A stretch of DNA of 62,161 nucleotides, from contig CAZUKH010000002.1 in the NCBI GenBank assembly GCA_964620955.1, forward strand, positions 78,451 through 140,611, given 5' to 3'. Positions 29,085 to 38,693 of this stretch are shown in pieces. This DNA comes from an uncultured Candidatus Saccharibacteria bacterium. GTDB taxonomy: Bacteria > Patescibacteriota > Dojkabacteria > J137. The notes under the pieces were generated by a model. That model was not told the DNA's origin, did not search any database, and saw only the letters and a list, made by a program, of their open reading frames with translations. Within the stretch, counting starts at the first letter, position 1. Every line of letters starts with the position of its first letter. Position numbers and translations under genes: made by a program.

Positions 29085-29912
29085 CTATTTATCAAAATCT
29101 GGTTCATCTTCTGCGACACTTTCATGGTACTTTATCTTTGATGCCATTCTCTCAACAAGACCATCTGAAAGAGAAGGTGCAATTCTTTTTATAAAAGCAA
29201 ATGCCTTAGAAGACCCAGGTAAAACAACTCTTTTTCTATTTGTAAAAAATACATCGTAAACCTGATTTGCTACATCTTCAGCCGAAATAACATCACCTCC
29301 AAGATTAGAAATATCTATATCCGCCTTTTCTTTCTCAAAAAACTCAGTTTTTACTCCACCCGGATGAATTGTAGTTACTTGAATATTAAATGGTTTTAAT
29401 TCTGGCCTTATGCAATCTGCAAAGCCCGTAATTGCCCACTTCGAGGCAACATAAACAGACCATTGGGGTAAAGTAACTAATCCTGCTAAAGAAGATGTCA
29501 TTATAATGTGACCTGATTTTTGACGTGTCATTACTTCTGCAGCGTATTTAGCTACAATTATCATTCCAGCCACGTTTACATCAATAATCTTATGTATTTG
29601 ATCTGTAGTGAGTTCATAAATATTTCCGATAAAACCAAGACCAGCGTTGTTAAAAACTCCATCTAAAGGCTTTCCATCCTCAGTTGCTGCTAAAAAAAGA
29701 TTTTTAACATCTTCATCCTTAGTAACATCGGTTACAACTATTTTAGGCTTACCACCTAACAGGCTAATTTCTTCTGCAAGTTTTTCAAGCTTATCTTTAC
29801 TTCTTGCTGCAAGAATCACTTCTGCCCCATCTTCTGCAACCTTTAGTGCTACAGCCTTACCAATACCAGATGAAGCACCAGTAATTAATATTTTCTTTTC
29901 ACTAAATTTCAT
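29085..29912 (-). CDS. Short-chain dehydrogenase/reductase (SDR)
   Basis: TGASSGIGKA cofactor motif, NNAG, and the catalytic YVASKWA (Y-x3-K). Confidence 0.85.
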   Translation of the reverse strand: MKFSEKKILITGASSGIGKAVALKVAEDGAEVILAARSKDKLEKLAEEISLLGGKPKIVVTDVTKDEDVKNLFLAATEDGKPLDGVFNNAGLGFIGNIYELTTDQIHKIIDVNVAGMIIVAKYAAEVMTRQKSGHIIMTSSLAGLVTLPQWSVYVASKWAITGFADCIRPELKPFNIQVTTIHPGGVKTEFFEKEKADIDISNLGGDVISAEDVANQVYDVFFTNRKRVVLPGSSKAFAFIKRIAPSLSDGLVERMASKIKYHESVAEDEPDFDK

Positions 29913-30026
29913 AAGATATATGTAAAAAGTTAACTATTAAACAGTTTACACTAATTTCATGCACCGCTATGATACAAAATTGAAAATTTCTACTTACAAA
30001 ATAACAATATATTAGTCAGATTAAAT

Positions 30027-31103
30027 ATGAGGCTATTAGTACCTTGCGATTTTTCTGGTAAACTGTATTTTATGGAACCACATCCAGTACCGCAAGATAT
30101 TTTAAATACAGAGTTTAAGCTATTTGGTAGCTTTACTTTAAAGCAGTTTTTAAAAATGCTTTTTGGGTGTCTTTTTGCGCTTTTTATTTATTTGACTCCA
30201 ATACCAGCAATACTTAAATGGCCATTTATAGGGATTTCTATTACTCTTGGCATAGCTCTTGCAATCGTCCCAAGATTTGATGTTAAGCTTAGTGGTTTTG
30301 TTAAAGCAATATTTATTTCACCAAGATACATTTGGATGAAAAACTCAAAGACACCTGATATTCTTAACTACCAGCAAAAAAGTACAAAACCTCAACCAAA
30401 AATTAATCCAGAAAGAAGATCCAATTTGCCTCCAAAGCAAATGACTGAAGACGAAATATCTATTGAAAAACTACTATCTGCAAACTCCCCTGCCGAAAAA
30501 ATGCTGATTACACAAAATACCCAGCAGTCGAATAGCTCAGAACCTTCAACTGCAAGAGATCAAAATATTGATCGAATGTTCCAGAATGTTTATACTAACG
30601 TTGCCGAAAACGAAAATGATAAAAACAACTATGATGTTTCGAAAATGTCCCAAGGCGAGCTAATAAAAGAAATTCAAAGACTAAGAACTGCTCTAAACCA
30701 GCTTGTTAAAGATGAACACTATAAGGAAAAAGAAAGCGAAATACTTAGCCAAATTAATGAGCTTTACCAGGCTACTAAGTCAACTGACGTACCAGTCAAC
30801 GACCAATTGACTCCTGGATTAAACATGCAAGGCTCATCTGACATTAAAGGGCAGTCAGTTTTTGGCATAGTTGTTGATAAAGCTGATAGGCCAATTGCAA
30901 ATGCAAAAATTTACTTTGACGAAGCAGATAACGCTAAAGATCGAGTAATAATTACTGGTCCAGATGGTAAATTCGGAACACAAGGCAAGCTTGGCTACGG
31001 CAACTACACTGTAAAAGTTGAGCATCCTAACTACAGGTTTGATCCATACATAATACAGGTAGGTCCTTCTACCCTTCCTGCCTTCAAATTAAGATCCCGC
31101 TAA
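30027..31103 (+). CDS. PrgI-family membrane protein with C-terminal carboxypeptidase-regulatory-like beta-sandwich
   Basis: The N terminus PVPQDILNTEFKLFGSFTLKQFLKMLFG plus two TM helices is the PrgI family pattern. The C-terminal GIVVDKADRPIANAKIYFDE...GPDGKFG...GNYTVKVEHPNY is CarboxypepD_reg-like. The probable start is Met 30069. Confidence 0.55.
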   Translation: MRLLVPCDFSGKLYFMEPHPVPQDILNTEFKLFGSFTLKQFLKMLFGCLFALFIYLTPIPAILKWPFIGISITLGIALAIVPRFDVKLSGFVKAIFISPRYIWMKNSKTPDILNYQQKSTKPQPKINPERRSNLPPKQMTEDEISIEKLLSANSPAEKMLITQNTQQSNSSEPSTARDQNIDRMFQNVYTNVAENENDKNNYDVSKMSQGELIKEIQRLRTALNQLVKDEHYKEKESEILSQINELYQATKSTDVPVNDQLTPGLNMQGSSDIKGQSVFGIVVDKADRPIANAKIYFDEADNAKDRVIITGPDGKFGTQGKLGYGNYTVKVEHPNYRFDPYIIQVGPSTLPAFKLRSR

Positions 31104-31198
31104 GTAGTTTTCAAAAACAACATTATGCAATATAATTACAACTAGCAATTATAAATAACGGAAGAATTTTATGTGACATAAAGTTCTAACTGAAAAAC

Positions 31199-31487
31199 AA
31201 ATTAATCATTCCGCTACACTACGTTTGCAGAATGAAAATTTGGTAAGTGGTAAAATTTAACAACAAGATTAGTTGCCCCGCTACGTTACGAAATCAAAGA
31301 TTTCTACTAGCGGGATAACAATAAATTAATCATTCTGCTGCATTGCATTTGCAGAATGAAAATTAGGTAAGTGGTAAAATTAACAACAAGATTAGTTGCC
31401 CCGCTACGTTACGAAATCAAAGATTTCTACTAGCGGGATAACAATAAATTAATCATTCTGCTGCATTGCATTTGCAGAATGAAAATT
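31199..31487 (+). repeat. Tandem repeat, about 2.4 copies of a 123-124-bp unit with two internal hairpins
   Basis: Units start near 31199, 31323 and 31446. Units 2 and 3 are identical over their shared length. Hairpins are CATTCTGC...GCAGAATG and CCCGCTA-(GAAATC-aaa-GATTTC)-TAGCGGG. Confidence 0.9.
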
Positions 31488-31622
31488 TATTAGTTAGTCG
31501 GAGTGGTGCTAAACAGATTGTTAGTGAGAACAAGGTTCGAACTTACAAGATGTTAGTCCGCCGTAGTTTTACGAAGGCGGAGAACGGTTTTGGTTCATAA
31601 TATTTAACAACTTATTTGTTCG

Positions 31623-31704
31623 GTCGGAGTGGTGGAACGGTAGACACTACGGACTTAAAATCCGTTGCCATAAAGGCGTGAGGGTTCGAGTCCCTCCTCC
31701 GATA
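31623..31704 (+). tRNA. tRNA-Leu (anticodon UAA)
   Basis: GTCGGAGTGGTGGAACGGTAGACACTACGGACTTAAAATCCGTTGCCATAAAGGCGTGAGGGTTCGAGTCCCTCCTCCGATA. Anticodon stem ACGGA/TCCGT with loop CTTAAAA, a long variable arm, T-loop TTCGAGT, and a G1-U72 wobble pair. Confidence 0.85.
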
Positions 31705-31954
31705 TATAGTTGTAATATAAGTCTCCAAACAATGGGACGCAAAAGATAAGAAAGCTTTGATAACAAACTAAAACCGAATCTACTGCTAAAAGATATACCG
31801 GGTATATAGGTGTATCTTGTAGCCAGAATATCTCTAGTTATATTTACGTTGCATTACCTTTAAGTAGTTGCTAAGATTTTATTGATCCTTATTGATGTAC
31901 GCGAACCTAAAAAAATGTTCAAAGGATCGCAGTAAAGATAGCCGGCCGGCAATT

Positions 31955-32674
31955 CTAAATGCTTCGTAAACTCTCAAGAATTGAGATAAATATTTCTCTG
32001 GCGATTTTCGGAGAATTGTCTTGTGCTGTACCAATTACAGTTAAACCAAGCTTTGAAACATAAGAAACATAAATAGGATTGGAAATATAAGTTTCATTGA
32101 TTGTTGCCCCAGACTCATAAATCTGCATTTTTACTTGCCCCATTGTAGAATTTTGTACGTATTGAGTAATTGAACTTCCATTAATAATAACTTCTTCTGT
32201 TTGATAAAACTCAAGTTCACTTAAAGGACCATTGCCGGTAAATCGCAAAGCTGCATTTCCTGCTGATTCAGTTAGGCCATCTGAAAGATATGATGGAAAG
32301 AAAAAAGCTAATCCTAAATCTAAAGTTTCGTAAGTTACGTAAGAACTATTATCAATTTGTTGAGTAGTACTTTCACCCTGCGAGTCTTCTTCAGCTATTT
32401 TATTTAGCTGACTTTCTATAAGAACATCAATTTTTGTTGCACGCAAAATATCATTTAAAATTGGGATAAATCGTATTCCTGAAACAAGTTGGGCAGCAAG
32501 AAAAATAAATAATGCAAATCCTACAGTAGCTCCAATTGCGGTGAAAATTCCTGATAATAAGGACCTTCCAACTACACTACGAGTTTTATAAGAATCAGAA
32601 ATGTTTTTAAGATATTTTTTTATTTCTTTTATTTCTTTTTCTTGTGTATTAGCGTCTATTTTACTCATATTCAA
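31955..32674 (-). CDS. Hypothetical membrane-anchored protein
   Basis: 239-aa ORF with one TM helix (SLLSGIFTAIGATVGFALFIFLAAQLV) followed by a soluble domain. Confidence 0.55.
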   Translation of the reverse strand: MNMSKIDANTQEKEIKEIKKYLKNISDSYKTRSVVGRSLLSGIFTAIGATVGFALFIFLAAQLVSGIRFIPILNDILRATKIDVLIESQLNKIAEEDSQGESTTQQIDNSSYVTYETLDLGLAFFFPSYLSDGLTESAGNAALRFTGNGPLSELEFYQTEEVIINGSSITQYVQNSTMGQVKMQIYESGATINETYISNPIYVSYVSKLGLTVIGTAQDNSPKIAREIFISILESLRSI

Positions 32675-32903
32675 ATCATACTTTGAATTTATAAAGAGAT
32701 CAAACTAACGGCTGCTTCATAAGAGAAATTTGTTGCTTGTATTATGCTTGGCTGTGAGAATTGTAGGCATGCCCAACCAGAGTGGGGACACGTAGTTGTG
32801 AAAGAAAATTTGTATTGTAATACAATGTTTTTTGTTTAAAAAAGTTGTATAAATACTGCATCGTTACGAATTAGTATCAATAGCTGTTATATACGTAAAT
32901 AAC

Positions 32904-33071
32904 ATGAATCAAAAAAGATATTATAAAAGTCTATTTTATACGTTGTTGAACTCTGATGGGTTAAAAAAGTTATCACCAGAAGAAGTAGTAAAAGTACTTG
33001 AAAATGCTAAAAAACTTGATTTATTTATTTTCACACTTATTAAGCGGTTTAAATTACCAATAATTATTTAA
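32904..33071 (+). CDS. Possible small ORF (55 aa), below the ORF-track threshold
   Basis: ATG 32904 to TAA 33069-33071 (MNQKRYYKSLFYTLLNSDGLKKLSPEEVVKVLENAKKLDLFIFTLIKRFKLPIII), 16 nt before the next gene. Confidence 0.3.
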   Translation: MNQKRYYKSLFYTLLNSDGLKKLSPEEVVKVLENAKKLDLFIFTLIKRFKLPIII

Positions 33072-33087
33072 TTATTTATTTTTATTT

Positions 33088-33492
33088 ATGAACATTACCA
33101 TAAAGTCAAAAAATGCAGATTTAAAAAATAAGTTAATCAAAGTCATTAAAAGTCTTGTTAAAGATTATGATGACTTTGAAAGCGAAGTAATTATTCAAGA
33201 GGAACTTGTTGCTTTTCTTCCTGAAATAAAACATCTTGAAAAGAAACGAACCTATACTATTGAAGACAAGGGTACGAGGAAAGCCTTAATTGAAACCTTC
33301 AATAAGGTGATTAGCGCTCAGCTAAAATTTTTGATATTTGTAAATGGACGTCTAATTGATGTTATAGAGTCAAAAGGCACTTACGCTTTTACCGAGAAGG
33401 GCAATTCGATTACTTTACCTGGAATAGGAAATTATTTAGTTGAAAACACCATTGTTAACCAAATAGCTAATTCAGTTCGTAAAAACTGCTAA
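33088..33492 (+). CDS. Hypothetical protein (134 aa)
   Basis: ORF whose 3' end overlaps the convergent AI-2E gene by 26 nt. Confidence 0.5.
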   Translation: MNITIKSKNADLKNKLIKVIKSLVKDYDDFESEVIIQEELVAFLPEIKHLEKKRTYTIEDKGTRKALIETFNKVISAQLKFLIFVNGRLIDVIESKGTYAFTEKGNSITLPGIGNYLVENTIVNQIANSVRKNC

Positions 33493-34732
33493 GTTCCTTT
33501 TTAACTTGTGATGCTGTTTGTTGTGAGTGTTCTAGGTTATAAACTTCCATAACAGTTGTTAGAAGAACGAGTATTAAAGGACCATAGAGTATGCCAAGCG
33601 GGCCAAACATTCCTATACCACCCATAACTGCAAGAATAATCGCAAGAGGGTGCAATTTTGTACCACCTCTCATTACTAGCGGTCTTAAGAAAGCATCAAT
33701 AACATTAATAATTATCGCGCTGTAAACAATAAGCACAATCCCCTGGGCAGGCTGCCCAATAATCATAAGTATTACACCTATTGGGAACCAAACAATGCCT
33801 GATCCTATTGGCACTACAGAAAGGATAACCATTATTATCCAAAGTAATATTGGCGCTCCAATCCCTATTACAGAAAGTGCAAGACTGACTGCTGTGGCTT
33901 GAGCAATGGCAACAACAAATGTTCCAAGTAAGACTGCTCTTGTTGTTTCCCGAAATTTTTTGAAAAGTAAGTTATCTACTTTGTTATCTAATGGTGAATA
34001 CTTTGAAAAAACTTTAGGTAATTGATCGTAAACTGTGAAAAGAAACAATAAAGAAATTATTAACAAAAAAAGAAAAAAGATTACGTTTAACCCACCTGAA
34101 ATTACACTTCCTATGGTTGGTAAAATCTGGTTTTGAATTTCAGTAAGCACTTCGCGCAAAATTTGTGTAAGGTTAGGGTAACTCAGCTTAAAATCTATGT
34201 TAAAGTCTTGTAAAGTTAAATTTAGACTATCTACTAGCGGGAATATTGCTTGTTCTATTGATTTTATGGATTCGTTGGTAGACAGAGCATCGTTGGCTTC
34301 TGCTGGCTCAGAAGTTGTTACAGTATTTGCAAAATCATCATTTTTTAAGCTGTTTTGAGCATTCGAGGTAATGTTTTTTATTGAGATTGTTAAATCATTT
34401 ACTGCATCTTCATTAGGAAGTGGATCTTCTTGAGTAGACTGATTAATATTAGTAAGAATAGTGTTGATTTCGTTGGCTGCTAGTATAGAAATAAAGGTTA
34501 TTGGAACAACTAAAAAGAATATTGATACAAGTGTTGCTATTACGCTGGAAACTCCCTTGCTTCCTAAAAATAACTTAAATGATGCATAAACTGGATGAAA
34601 GATTTGGACAATTATTAATGCTATTACGATTATATTAACAAAAGGGGCAAAAATTTGTAGTGTGACTAAAATAAGCCCAAGCATCAAAATTATTAAGAAG
34701 AAACCTTTTACTTGTAAGTCACTAACTTTCAT
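33467..34732 (-). CDS. AI-2E family transporter (PerM/UPF0118)
   Basis: Multi-TM protein with the conserved C-terminal block VPIGSGIVWFPIGVILMI...INVIDAFLRPLVMRGGTKLHPLAIILAVMGG..MFGPLGILYGPLIL. Confidence 0.8.
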   Translation of the reverse strand: MKVSDLQVKGFFLIILMLGLILVTLQIFAPFVNIIVIALIIVQIFHPVYASFKLFLGSKGVSSVIATLVSIFFLVVPITFISILAANEINTILTNINQSTQEDPLPNEDAVNDLTISIKNITSNAQNSLKNDDFANTVTTSEPAEANDALSTNESIKSIEQAIFPLVDSLNLTLQDFNIDFKLSYPNLTQILREVLTEIQNQILPTIGSVISGGLNVIFFLFLLIISLLFLFTVYDQLPKVFSKYSPLDNKVDNLLFKKFRETTRAVLLGTFVVAIAQATAVSLALSVIGIGAPILLWIIMVILSVVPIGSGIVWFPIGVILMIIGQPAQGIVLIVYSAIIINVIDAFLRPLVMRGGTKLHPLAIILAVMGGIGMFGPLGILYGPLILVLLTTVMEVYNLEHSQQTASQVKKELSSFYELN

Positions 34733-34773
34733 AAGTATATTATAAGCATGTAGATTTATATGTCCAGTGGCTT

Positions 34774-36288
34774 TCAGGACTTTATGTTTATCATTTGTTG
34801 TGCCAAGTGTAAAAGAGTTTCTTTTTTATTAAGGATTGGATCTTCAATAACTTTATCTAAAAGCGAATTAAGAATTTGGCCAATTTGTTGCCCTGGAGAT
34901 AACCCCAGATGGTTAATAAGATCCTGTCCCGATACGTCAAGATCAGTGACTTTAAGTGCCATGTCTAAGGCTGTAACTTCCGATACTCGCTCAGCAAGCA
35001 CTTCGATTTCTTGCGGATTAAATTCGCTTTTTGCATTGGCAGATGCATCAGCAATTCTGAGTTTAAACAAATCATTTAATGCTTCTACTCCACCAACATT
35101 CTTGATGAGTCTCCTTATCGCTGAATCTGTCCATCCCCCTGGAGCTTCTTTAGATGATACTGATTTTATGTGTGTTTGAATTTCATCTTTTGTTGCATTT
35201 TGATAATCAAAATCGTCCATTTTTAATTTTCTCCAGTCCGCCGATGGATAATAAAACATGTGCCACCTTACAAGTCTCGACACATAGTCGATTTCTGCTT
35301 TTGGAAACTTAAGCCTTGTTAAAATTTCTTTTGTCATTTGAGATCCTAAAGTATCGTGACCATAAAAGTGAACCCCCTTTTCATCTTCAGATTTGGTTCT
35401 TGGTTTTGCGATATCGTGAAAAAGTGCAGCAAGCTTTATTGAATCTTCTGCTAAATCGCATGCTTTTAAAGAATGATTCCAAACATCCTCAGCGTGAAAC
35501 TTAGGCTGTACAACTTCTTTTCCTTCTAGCAATTCTGGAATAAATATCTTTAATATGCCCGCTTCATCGAGTAGTTTAATGCCTTTAGATGGTACCGGCG
35601 ACTTATAAATTATTTTTATAAATTCATCTCTAAAACGTTCGATAGAAACTTGGGCAGTAATATGATTAGTTTTTGTAATAGCCTCAAAAGTATTTTGCTC
35701 AATTTCAAAATTTAGTTGAGAAGCAAACCTACAAGCACGTACACCCCTTAGCCCATCTTCCGAAAACCTTTCAAGTGGATCACGAACGGCTTTAATTGTT
35801 CTGTTGTTAAGATCTGATATACCATTAAATGGGTCTTCCAATACCTCCTGAATTGAAATATCTTGCTCATCAAAGTGTTGTAGGTTTAAAGCGATTGCAT
35901 TTATTGTAAAATCTCTTCTTGCGAGATCATCATAAATATTTTTAGAAAATTCAACTTTAGATGGCCATCTTCCTCCAACATAATCTGCTTCTGATCGATA
36001 TGTAGTCACTTCTACATCAAATCTTTCACCATTTTCATCCTGCGTTACAACTGTGATTGTTCCAAACTTTGCACCTGTCGGTATGGATTTTTTAAAAAGT
36101 TTAACAATTACTTCAGGGTAAGCGTTTGTTGCTATGTCGAAATCTGAAGGATGCCTACCGAGAAGAATATCTCGAACGCTCCCGCCGACTAAAAAAGCTT
36201 CGAAATCGTGCTTCTGCAAAGTTTCTGCAATATCGATAACGTAAGAAGGTATTTTCTCAAGAAAATCTCCAATGGTAATATTAATCAT
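34774..36288 (-). CDS. cca: CCA-adding tRNA nucleotidyltransferase with HD domain
   Basis: LVGGSVRDILLGRHPSDFDIATNA (the PolyA_pol head), RDFTINA, and the HD motif AALFHDIAKP. Confidence 0.85.
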   Translation of the reverse strand: MINITIGDFLEKIPSYVIDIAETLQKHDFEAFLVGGSVRDILLGRHPSDFDIATNAYPEVIVKLFKKSIPTGAKFGTITVVTQDENGERFDVEVTTYRSEADYVGGRWPSKVEFSKNIYDDLARRDFTINAIALNLQHFDEQDISIQEVLEDPFNGISDLNNRTIKAVRDPLERFSEDGLRGVRACRFASQLNFEIEQNTFEAITKTNHITAQVSIERFRDEFIKIIYKSPVPSKGIKLLDEAGILKIFIPELLEGKEVVQPKFHAEDVWNHSLKACDLAEDSIKLAALFHDIAKPRTKSEDEKGVHFYGHDTLGSQMTKEILTRLKFPKAEIDYVSRLVRWHMFYYPSADWRKLKMDDFDYQNATKDEIQTHIKSVSSKEAPGGWTDSAIRRLIKNVGGVEALNDLFKLRIADASANAKSEFNPQEIEVLAERVSEVTALDMALKVTDLDVSGQDLINHLGLSPGQQIGQILNSLLDKVIEDPILNKKETLLHLAQQMINIKS

Positions 36289-36295
36289 GAATTTA

Positions 36296-37738
36296 TTATA
36301 TCAATCTAGTTATCTTCTGTCCCTCGTTTGTGTCTAAAACTTCTAATCTGAATTTTTCTTTTAGTTCATCACGTATTTCATCGGACTTTTTAAAATCTTT
36401 ATTTATTCTTGCTAATTGCCTTTGGCTTAGTAAGTTTTTAACTTCATCATTAAATTCATTTGAGAGATTTTTTTTGTTGTGCTTAAATTTAGTAAGACTT
36501 TCTTCAATTTTAAGGCCCAACACTTTATCAAACTGAATAATTGTTGAATATGTTTTAGGCGTTGGAGTTTTAATCATGTCCCACAAAATACTTAATGCAG
36601 AAGGAATGTTGAAATCATCTTCGAGTGCTTTTACGAATTTTTGATTAAATTCTTCATAAAGATTTGTATTGCTTGTTGAGGTTTTATTAATTATTTTATC
36701 GACTTCTTTTAGTAAATTTTTGCGAGATCTTTGAGCCGATTCAAGTGCTTTCCATGTAAAGTTTTGTTTTGACCTGTAATGTGATTGAAGAAGAAAATAA
36801 CGGTAGTCTAAAGCTTCGAAACCTTTTGATTCTAGATTATCCAATGAATAAACATTTCCTAGGGATTTAGACATTTTACCGTTATCGAGTAAAAGCATTT
36901 CATGGTGTAACCAATAATTTACAAACTTTTGTCCATTAGCCGACTCGCTTTGAGCAATTTCATTGGTGTGGTGTACTGGAATATGTTCTCTACCTCCCAT
37001 GTGAATATCTATTGACAAACCAAGCTTATCTTTTGCCATAGCACTACATTCAATGTGCCAGCCCGGAAAACCCTCTTCAACCAGCTGGGTTATTCCATCA
37101 AACTTTTGTTTCCAAGTTTGAATTGCGTTTTTATGTGATCCTGTTTTAAAAAACCATAGTGCAAAATCATATGGTTTTTTCTTATTGGTGTCAGTAACGT
37201 CTCCATGTCCTGCTTTTTCAATATTTGACTCTAACTTTTGACCACTTAACTTTGTATAGTCAGAAAATTTATCCACTTCGAAATAAATTGCTAGTTCTGT
37301 AGCATAAGCAAAGCCTTTATTTAAAAGATCCTGCACCATTTGAGCCATTTGTTTTATATACGCTGTGGCAGGTGTTTCAAATGTAGGGGGAAGCGCGTTA
37401 AGTTTGGCTAAATCTTGATGGTAAAGATCGGTATACTTTTTTGCAATTTGCTCGGGTTTTAAGCCTTCTGCTTTCGATCCTTTTTCCATTTTGTCTTCAC
37501 CTTCATCATCATCACTTACTAAATGCCCTACGTCAGTAATATTTCGGACAAATTTTACTTTGTAGCCCAAATACTCGAAACTTCGGCGAATGAAATCTCC
37601 TAAAACTCCTGAACGCATATTGCCAATATGTTGTCTTGAGTAGACTGTTGGTCCACATTGATAAAATGAAACCTCACCTCTTTTTATAGGTGTAAAATCT
37701 TCAAGTTGTCTTGTGAGGGTATTGTAAATTTTCAGCAT
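36296..37738 (-). CDS. cysS: Cysteinyl-tRNA synthetase
   Basis: MLKIYNTLTRQLEDF...YQCGPTVYSRQHIGNMRS (HIGH region) and the KMSKS motif (GKMSKSLGN). Confidence 0.9.
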   Translation of the reverse strand: MLKIYNTLTRQLEDFTPIKRGEVSFYQCGPTVYSRQHIGNMRSGVLGDFIRRSFEYLGYKVKFVRNITDVGHLVSDDDEGEDKMEKGSKAEGLKPEQIAKKYTDLYHQDLAKLNALPPTFETPATAYIKQMAQMVQDLLNKGFAYATELAIYFEVDKFSDYTKLSGQKLESNIEKAGHGDVTDTNKKKPYDFALWFFKTGSHKNAIQTWKQKFDGITQLVEEGFPGWHIECSAMAKDKLGLSIDIHMGGREHIPVHHTNEIAQSESANGQKFVNYWLHHEMLLLDNGKMSKSLGNVYSLDNLESKGFEALDYRYFLLQSHYRSKQNFTWKALESAQRSRKNLLKEVDKIINKTSTSNTNLYEEFNQKFVKALEDDFNIPSALSILWDMIKTPTPKTYSTIIQFDKVLGLKIEESLTKFKHNKKNLSNEFNDEVKNLLSQRQLARINKDFKKSDEIRDELKEKFRLEVLDTNEGQKITRLI

Positions 37739-37894
37739 AGGCTAATTATAGTTTAATAGATAAAATTTACAAGATGACTGTGAATAATCGCTCTAATCTT
37801 TTTAAAACCTGCTTCTGTAGTAGCACATTTAGGAATGTCCGTCTATAACCGGACAATTATAGACTAGAAGAGATATTTGAGTACTAAACATCAT

Positions 37895-38692
37895 TTAATA
37901 TTCGTCTGTGTAATACTCATACGGAACTAAAAAGGCTTTGAGTAATACAGGTACAATATAAACCAGGTTTTGGGATTTATACTCTTTTGTTGCCAGGTAT
38001 TTTTTCCATTGTCCGTAAATACTAAAAAACTTAAACTTTGGTTTTTGACACAGTTCATCATTATGCAATTCAAGCCCGTGAATTTGCTTTCTTATTGCTG
38101 CAAGTTTCTCAATTCTGTGAGGAATTGTAGAATAGAAAACTTTGAATTTTACCTCCCGGGATAATTCATGAACGTATTTTGATAGTGCTACATGATCTGG
38201 ATGGCCATATAACCCAGTTTTCTCATATGTAAAAACTATTTCTATTTGATTAATTTTTATGAAATTTCGCAAATAGTTTTTTATTTCATTTGTCTTAGAT
38301 TCTACTTTGCAGTCACCAAAATCTTCTACTTGTGCATTTACTTCACCAATTTTGTTGAGTGCTCTTAGAAATTCGTTTGACCTAACTTCTTTTAGTTTTT
38401 CTTTTGAAACTTTTAACTTTGCATTGCCAAGCTCTCCCTTAGTGACAGATATGACGTGTACTTCAAACTTTTGTGACATTCTTGCAAGTTTTGTTATTAA
38501 ACTTCCACTTGCCATTACTTCATCATCTGGATGAGGATATACAAAAAGCACTCTTACTTTTTGCTTTTTTGCATGTATTTGCAATTGTTTAATAATGCCT
38601 GGTAAGTATGGCATGTTTATAAAGACAATTATTGAAGTTACAAAAACAGTAAGAGTAATTAATGCAATAAAAAAGATCTCAGTTAATATCAT
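37895..38692 (-). CDS. PIG-L/LmbE-family N-acetylglucosaminyl deacetylase, membrane anchored
   Basis: VLFVYPHPDDEVMASG and GHPDHVA motifs. The ORF is open to 38731, but Met 38692 (MILTEIFF...) starts just after the radC stop. Confidence 0.8.
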   Translation of the reverse strand: MILTEIFFIALITLTVFVTSIIVFINMPYLPGIIKQLQIHAKKQKVRVLFVYPHPDDEVMASGSLITKLARMSQKFEVHVISVTKGELGNAKLKVSKEKLKEVRSNEFLRALNKIGEVNAQVEDFGDCKVESKTNEIKNYLRNFIKINQIEIVFTYEKTGLYGHPDHVALSKYVHELSREVKFKVFYSTIPHRIEKLAAIRKQIHGLELHNDELCQKPKFKFFSIYGQWKKYLATKEYKSQNLVYIVPVLLKAFLVPYEYYTDEY

Positions 38693-38693
38693 G

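Noticed and set aside
30027-31103. Conjugative type IV secretion locus
   Set aside because: Only the PrgI-like protein is present. No VirB4/VirD4 ATPases, relaxase or other T4SS components occur in the flanking genes.
31199-31487. Possible CRISPR array
   Set aside because: The units are about 123 bp long and directly contiguous, with no unique spacers between short repeats, and there are no cas genes. It is a tandem repeat, not a CRISPR.
37834-37857. Hairpin TGTCCG-N8-CGGACA as an intrinsic terminator
   Set aside because: The stem is only 6 bp and there is no U-run in either orientation.
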